From an uncultured bacterium (lineage in GTDB: Bacteria; Armatimonadota; Hebobacteria; Hebobacterales; Hebobacteraceae): 51,823 bases of DNA. The stretch lies in NCBI GenBank assembly GCA_964385645.1, contig CAYLPT010000003.1:1-51823 (forward strand). The letters are read 5' to 3'. Positions 45,342-51,823 of the stretch are shown here, piece by piece (the stretch's first letter is position 1; each line of letters opens with the position of its first letter). The position numbers and the translations under genes were made by a program. Under the pieces are notes generated by a model. That model was not told the origin of the DNA, did no database searches, and saw nothing but the letters and a program-made list of their open reading frames with translations.

Positions 45342-48300
45342 ATGCGGAGAGTCATCCGTCTCACGAGCCCGCAGCCGGCTCCACTCATCTTCGAGCTAGA
45401 CGTGTTGGTGGTTGGCGGCCGGCTCGCGGGCGTGGCGTCGGCGCGAGCCGCGGCCGATGGGGGGCTCAAGGTGGCCCTCATCGAGTCAGAGACCTACCTC
45501 GGATACGAGTTCGGCGCGTGGCAGCGCCCGTGGATACAGTGGCGCCGCGAGAGCGCCGGTCTGCTTAGGGACTGGCTGCCCGTCGAGCACTTAGCAGACT
45601 GGTGCGCCGAGGGGCACCACGTTCCCCTGCATATGGACCGGACGAAAGCGAAGTTGGAGGACCGCCTCCTGGAGCGGGGCGTTCAGCTCCTCTATGCAAG
45701 CCGCCCCGTCGCCTACCGCCGCGAGGGAGAGAGCTGGCTCGTCGCGTTCGGCAGCAAGTCAGGGCTCCAGGCCGTCCGGGCGCGATTTGTCGTTGACGCC
45801 TCAGAGCACGGGATCCTGGCCTGTCTGGCGGGAGAGGCGCCGCGCGGCCCCAGCGCAAAGGTCGCCCGCCGCACAATCGAGTTCACGGGCGTGCGGGGGG
45901 CGGGGGTGCGGCGCCATCCGGTGCCGGGCGAGCTGGGCGTGCTCAACGACACGGTGACGGTATACCCGGGGGCCTTCGCGGACGACCACGCATATGTGGA
46001 GGTCGCGCTTAGCGTTCCGCAGGCGGGCGGCCGATCCATGGAGAACGACCGCGAGGTCGAGCTGCTGTGCCGGGCGGCCTCGCTTAGGGTCGCCGAGCAT
46101 CTACTGCAGCATGTCCCTGCTTTCGCGGAGGCAAAGTTGGGGCTTGGCTCCATGCGCGTGATGAGGGAGCCCGTCCTGGAGGTAAGCAAGGCCCTGGCCA
46201 CAGGGGCCGAACTCGGGCGGGCGCTGGCCGCGGGCGAGATCAGCCCGGAGGCGTGCTACCGAGTGGACGGGCACGGCTGGAGGGCAGTGCCGCTCCCGGC
46301 GGAGCGCGGACCATCGGGCGAGGAGGTCACAGGGGAGGTCGGCCTGAGTGTAATGTCGGAGTTCGCCGCCTCCTGGCCGGGCAAGACGGTCGGGGTGACG
46401 CTCGGCGCGCTGCCGCTGGCAGAGCAGGCCGACGTGCTGGTGGTGGGCGGTGGGACCAGCGGCGCGCCGGCCGCCTGCGCGGCGGCCCGCGAGGGGGTGA
46501 GCGTGGCGCTGGCCGAGATGAACCCCCGCCTGGGTGGGACCGGGACGCTGGGGGGGATCAAAGCGCACTGGATGTCCAGCCCCAACGCCTTCAACGATGA
46601 GGTTGACGAGCGGGTGCAGGCCTGGGAGGCGCGAGTGCGCTACCCGGACGTTCGGTGGGAGTGGCGGCGGAGGGACGCCGAGGGCAACGAGTATCTCTGG
46701 GGCGAAGATCGCTCGTGGAGCATCGAGCTCAAGCAGCAGGTGCTGGAGGAGATGTGCCGCCAGGCGGGAGTCTCCCTCCATCTCGACAGCCTCCTCTTCG
46801 GCGCGCTGGTGGACTCTGGCAAGGTGGTGGGCGCGGCGCTGGCCACTCCTTATGGGCCCTGTGCCGCGCTCGGGAAGGTGACGGTTGACGCGACCGGAGA
46901 TGGCGACGTCGCCGCCTTCGCGGGCGCTGAGTACACATACGGGAACGCGCGGGACCGCCAGACGATGTTCACCTCCCTCGCCTTCTTCAGGGAGCCGGGA
47001 GGGCTCGGCAACAACTTCATGACCCCGGCCGATATCGGAGATGTCTTCGACTCCACGCGCTTCATCATCACCAGCAGGAGGCGGCGGACGCGACCCGGGG
47101 AGCGCCTGCACGACCACGGGACGTACGTGGCCCCTCGGGAAAGCCGGCACATCCATGGAGGGACAGTGGTCACCCTCGAGGACCAACTGCGGCTCAGACG
47201 CTACCCGGATACCGTGGCGGTGCTTTTCAGCAACTGGGACATGAAGGGGCAGTGGTTCGCCGACATCGTGGATTTCGGGATCAACCCACCGCACCTCGAG
47301 ATCGAGGTTCCCTATCGCGCCCTGGTGCCGCTCCAACCCGATCAGGTGATCGTTGCCGGCAAGGCCTTCTCCTTGACGCACGATGCCTGCGCCGCGCCGC
47401 GGATGCAGCGCGACCTCATCCTCCTTGGCGGAGTCGTCGGATTGGCGGCCGCGCTCGCCGTCCGAGACGGAGTCAGCCCGAGAGAGCTGGATGTCGCTAA
47501 GCTGCAGCGCCGACTCGTCGAGGCCGGGAACCTGCCCGAGAGAGTGCTCGAGTACGCGCCAGAGCGCCCGCCCGATGTGCGGGCGCTGGTGGAGGGGCTG
47601 ACGGGAGACGAACCCCTCGAGTGGCAGGAGATGGGGTACCGGGAGCGGGCCACCGCGGTCTCACCGGTGGTTCAGCTCTGCCTCGCCTCCTCAAACGAGG
47701 CCGTGCCGCCCCTGCGGGAGGCCTTCGCGAGGTCGGGCGGACCGCGGCGCCTGCTGCTGGCCCGGCTGCTGCTGTTCCATCGCTGTGCCGACGGAGCAGA
47801 CGTGGTCGTCGAGGAGGTCGAGCGGCGATTCGCCGCGTGTGAGGCGCTGCCGAGGCGGGCCGGCAACCTGGAATGGTCCACCGGCTCGCCCGAGCAGGCG
47901 ATCCAACCGGAGGTCATCTTCCTCATCAACAATCTCATCCGGGTAGCCGACCGTCGGCTACTGGGCATCATGGGCGCGATCGTGGACCGGCTCGAGCGCA
48001 TGGAGCGGGACTACCGGGACGTCGCCGCGGGGATATACGACTACGTGCGCACCGTGGCGGAGGCCGCGGAGCGCCTGACCTGGGCCGAGTTCGTCCCCCT
48101 GCTCGAGCGGCTACAGGAGCTCCCGGAGGTGGCGCAGTCGGTCTCCCCGTCGGGCCTTGAGACCGACCCATTCGATGAGAGAAGGGCCTTCTTGGTTCTC
48201 TACCTGGCGCGCGCCCTGGCCAGATGCGGATGCAAGAGGGGTCTCCTCCAGTTGGCGGACCTGATCTCTGACCCGCGCGCCCTGCTGGCCGAGAGCGCAC

Positions 48301-48422
48301 GGAAGGAGCTGTGCTGGCTGACCGGCATGAGCCACCCCAGAGACACCGGTCGGTGGCGAGACGCCCTGCGCGACTGGCCGGAGGTGTTCCCCGCGGCGCC
48401 GTGGCGGCGGGAGGTCGCTTAG
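45342..48422 (+). CDS. FAD-dependent oxidoreductase with duplicated FAD_oxidored-type domains and a helical C-terminus
   Basis: 'DVLVVGGRLAG...FVVDAS', then 'DVLVVGGGTSG...VDATGDGDVA...RESRHIHG...VPYRALVP'. GAGGAG RBS before the ATG at 45342. Confidence 0.88.
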   Translation: MRRVIRLTSPQPAPLIFELDVLVVGGRLAGVASARAAADGGLKVALIESETYLGYEFGAWQRPWIQWRRESAGLLRDWLPVEHLADWCAEGHHVPLHMDRTKAKLEDRLLERGVQLLYASRPVAYRREGESWLVAFGSKSGLQAVRARFVVDASEHGILACLAGEAPRGPSAKVARRTIEFTGVRGAGVRRHPVPGELGVLNDTVTVYPGAFADDHAYVEVALSVPQAGGRSMENDREVELLCRAASLRVAEHLLQHVPAFAEAKLGLGSMRVMREPVLEVSKALATGAELGRALAAGEISPEACYRVDGHGWRAVPLPAERGPSGEEVTGEVGLSVMSEFAASWPGKTVGVTLGALPLAEQADVLVVGGGTSGAPAACAAAREGVSVALAEMNPRLGGTGTLGGIKAHWMSSPNAFNDEVDERVQAWEARVRYPDVRWEWRRRDAEGNEYLWGEDRSWSIELKQQVLEEMCRQAGVSLHLDSLLFGALVDSGKVVGAALATPYGPCAALGKVTVDATGDGDVAAFAGAEYTYGNARDRQTMFTSLAFFREPGGLGNNFMTPADIGDVFDSTRFIITSRRRRTRPGERLHDHGTYVAPRESRHIHGGTVVTLEDQLRLRRYPDTVAVLFSNWDMKGQWFADIVDFGINPPHLEIEVPYRALVPLQPDQVIVAGKAFSLTHDACAAPRMQRDLILLGGVVGLAAALAVRDGVSPRELDVAKLQRRLVEAGNLPERVLEYAPERPPDVRALVEGLTGDEPLEWQEMGYRERATAVSPVVQLCLASSNEAVPPLREAFARSGGPRRLLLARLLLFHRCADGADVVVEEVERRFAACEALPRRAGNLEWSTGSPEQAIQPEVIFLINNLIRVADRRLLGIMGAIVDRLERMERDYRDVAAGIYDYVRTVAEAAERLTWAEFVPLLERLQELPEVAQSVSPSGLETDPFDERRAFLVLYLARALARCGCKRGLLQLADLISDPRALLAESARKELCWLTGMSHPRDTGRWRDALRDWPEVFPAAPWRREVA

Positions 48423-48441
48423 CGGGCGACCGGAAGGGTGC

Positions 48442-50430
48442 TTACTCCCAGGCGGCGAGGTGCATATGGAGGCCGATAAGGGGATCGAGGAGGCTGCGGA
48501 GGCCCATGATGACGAGGTGGGAGATGACCATGCCGAGGAAGGCCGGGCGGACGGTGCGGTAGAGTCGCAGCCCGCCGGCGCGGCGAATGATAGTGACGAG
48601 GAGCCAGGCGATGAAGGCGTTGGCCCACATCCGCTGGACCATTCCCCAGGTGCCGGCCATGATGAAGCCGAGGGGGCTGATGGCGAACCAGATGAAGCGC
48701 CCGTGAAGCCACATCAGCCCGGCCATGATGGCAGCGCCGAAGGCAAGCCCCGCGGGCAGGAAGGGGATGGCCGGCTGGGGCGAGCGAAGGTCGCTGGCGA
48801 GTTCTCCGAACTCCCAGGCCCCCATGTCGCGGAACAGCCAGGAGTCGAAGGTGAAGGCGCCCAGGGAGTAGGCGTAGCGCAGCGTGACCCAGGGGACGAT
48901 CGCCATGATGATCAGCAGGGAGGCCCAGAGGCAGGCGGTGGTGAGCCGGCCGGGGAGCCCGGCCGAGTGGGCGATCTTGAAGTTGTTGAGGGCGAAGTGG
49001 AGCAGGTTGAGCTTGTACTGGCGAGTGAAGGGTGACTGGAGCATGGAGAACATGGTAAGCGTGCGGGCTGGGTAGGCGGCGGCGCCGCGGAGAGCGACCA
49101 GGAAGGAGCGCGGGGTGACGCTCATGTCCGGGACGTAGACGCCGCCGGCGGAGACGAGGCGCGCCATGGTGAGGGAGTAGCCGAAGAACACGGCCAGCAG
49201 AGCGGCGAAGGCGAACGGATCGAGGCCGGCGGCGCGGCCCCACAGGGCCAGCGCGAGGCCGCTGGCGATAAGACCCAGCAGGGCGGCGGGAGGCGACATG
49301 GGAGCGAGTGGGTCGGGACGGGAACGCTGTCCGAGCAGGGCGCGCGCGGCGGTGGTGAGGTAGCCGCGGGAGCGCCACAGCAGGATCCCAGCCAGCATCA
49401 GGCAGGCGCCTACCTCCTGATAGGAGATGAAGGCGCCGGGGCTGAAGGCGCGGGCGGCGACGCCCCCGTGACCGTAGCCGAGGATCGAGAAGACGAGGAT
49501 CTCTAGGCGGTTGAGCAGGAAGAAGAACCAGAGACTGAGGGAAACCTCGACGGGAAGCAGGCCGAAGATGCCGATGGTGTCGAAGCCGATGTAGGCGGCG
49601 GTGTCGGAGAGCGTCTCCCAGGGACCGCGGCCAGTGAACCAGTGGCCCAGGGGGTAGTAGAGCCGGGAGTAAGGGACGGCCGGGGCGTAAGCGTGGGCCA
49701 TTTGCAGGAGGTTCTGCAGAAGGGGCAGGGAGGCGCCGACCCACAGGTAGGGACATCGCCACACGGGGCCGTGCAGGGTGGGGCGCTCCTGCGAGGCCAT
49801 CTCCAGGGGGATGGCGGCGAGGGGGAAGGCGAGCCGCTCCGACTCGATCCACTCCTTGCGCACGAGGGCGCCGAGGCAATACAGGAACAGGTAGACGCTA
49901 AGCGCGAGGCAGGACCACGCGAGCACTGGGCTGAGCCAGGGCCGCCAGGCCCAGCCCTGGCCGGGCGCGGCGCCGTGGAAGAAGCCGGTGACCAGTTCGG
50001 GGTCGGACACCGTGAGCCACACGGGCAGGTTGGGCAGGATGAGCTCCGCCCAGCGGTTGGCCGCAGAGGCGGCGTAGAAGGGGTAGACCGAGTGGTAGAG
50101 GGCATAGCCCCAAAGGCCCTCGTAGATGAGCCCCGCCGAGATGGCCATCATGGCATAGCCGAGGAGGAACTCCTGGCGGGTGAAGGCCCAGGAGGGGCGG
50201 ACCCGGTGCAGGAGGGTGTTGAGGGGCCAGATGAGCAGGAAGAGGACGAAGACCGGGCCGGTGGAGAGGGGACGGAAGGCCCAGTCGTACTTACGGAGGG
50301 CGAGGTTCACCCACGGCATGACGAAGGCCAGGCCGATGACGAGGGCCAGGCCGAGAACGATGCCGCGCGGTCGGATGCGGCCGAGGGGGTCTGCACTAGG
50401 GGCAGACGCTGCTGGGTCAGCGGTCGCCAC
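48442..50430 (-). CDS. DUF6785/DUF6784-like polytopic membrane protein (paralog)
   Basis: 'EFLLGYAMM', 'WIESERLAFPLAAIP', 'WFAISPLGF', 'RAGGLRLY...PAFLG'. Confidence 0.82.
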   Translation of the reverse strand: MATADPAASAPSADPLGRIRPRGIVLGLALVIGLAFVMPWVNLALRKYDWAFRPLSTGPVFVLFLLIWPLNTLLHRVRPSWAFTRQEFLLGYAMMAISAGLIYEGLWGYALYHSVYPFYAASAANRWAELILPNLPVWLTVSDPELVTGFFHGAAPGQGWAWRPWLSPVLAWSCLALSVYLFLYCLGALVRKEWIESERLAFPLAAIPLEMASQERPTLHGPVWRCPYLWVGASLPLLQNLLQMAHAYAPAVPYSRLYYPLGHWFTGRGPWETLSDTAAYIGFDTIGIFGLLPVEVSLSLWFFFLLNRLEILVFSILGYGHGGVAARAFSPGAFISYQEVGACLMLAGILLWRSRGYLTTAARALLGQRSRPDPLAPMSPPAALLGLIASGLALALWGRAAGLDPFAFAALLAVFFGYSLTMARLVSAGGVYVPDMSVTPRSFLVALRGAAAYPARTLTMFSMLQSPFTRQYKLNLLHFALNNFKIAHSAGLPGRLTTACLWASLLIIMAIVPWVTLRYAYSLGAFTFDSWLFRDMGAWEFGELASDLRSPQPAIPFLPAGLAFGAAIMAGLMWLHGRFIWFAISPLGFIMAGTWGMVQRMWANAFIAWLLVTIIRRAGGLRLYRTVRPAFLGMVISHLVIMGLRSLLDPLIGLHMHLAAWE

Positions 50431-50622
50431 GGTCAGCCATCCCAGCTCCAGAGGTACGGGACCCGGGGCGGCTCGACCTGCCGGCGGTCACGGCGCAGGG
50501 CGACACCGGTATCGCCAGCGCCCGGTGGGAGGGAACGGCGGAAGGCGTTGCCGATCGTGGCGACCACGGGGTCCATGGGCTGGCAGGCCCTGCCGGGGCC
50601 GGCGCAGAGGAGCGAAGGCGGG

Positions 50623-50649
50623 GCGGGGCGCCCGTGCAGGGCGCCCCGC
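50623..50649 (-). terminator. Stem-loop just downstream of the prepilin-like gene
   Basis: GCGGGGCGCCC-5 nt-GGGCGCCCCGC, a perfect 11-bp stem 28 bp after the stop. Confidence 0.5.
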
Positions 50650-50677
50650 GGCTTGTCACGGGCACGCTTCGGCGCTG

Positions 50678-51811
<1,134 letters not shown>

Positions 51812-51823
51812 AGGATCGCACCT

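Noticed and set aside
50434-50577. 47-codon minus-strand ORF (MDPVVATIG...) as counterpart of the small TM protein at 41533
   Set aside because: It has no TM helix, no RBS and no convincing similarity.

Overview
High-GC bacterial DNA, most likely Armatimonadota (inferred from the prepilin/H-X9-DG proteins and DUF6785-like membrane proteins). It has three parts. (1) 1-34.2 kb is a large exopolysaccharide plus PEP-CTERM/exosortase island. It encodes Wza, an atypical Wzc, a deacetylase, a priming sugar transferase, a flippase, a pyruvyl transferase, an FrhB-like protein, glycosyltransferases, an O-antigen-ligase-like protein, two CapK-like ligases, a GT39 enzyme, an exosortase-EpsI fusion, three PEP-CTERM proteins, an exported HEAT-repeat protein and VanZ. 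The island carries its own sigma-54 factor, an enhancer-binding protein with an aspartate-less receiver, and a receiver-PilZ protein. Nine sigma-54 (-24/-12) promoter motifs can be read from the sequence ahead of most transcription units, including one ahead of the PilZ-rpoN genes themselves. Two of the PEP-CTERM proteins look like Cys-Gln thioester-domain adhesins. (2) 34.6-40.8 kb is a decaying accessory region: two DUF4258/DUF2283 toxin-antitoxin-like pairs, a broken MNT-HEPN pair, amtB-glnK and two remnants of one IS-like element. (3) 41-51.8 kb holds two convergent modules, each pairing a type IV prepilin-like H-X9-DG protein with a DUF6785-like polytopic membrane protein, around a kelch protein and a double-domain FAD oxidoreductase. 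No rRNA, tRNA or CRISPR array was seen. Family assignments come from motif recognition, not database searches.
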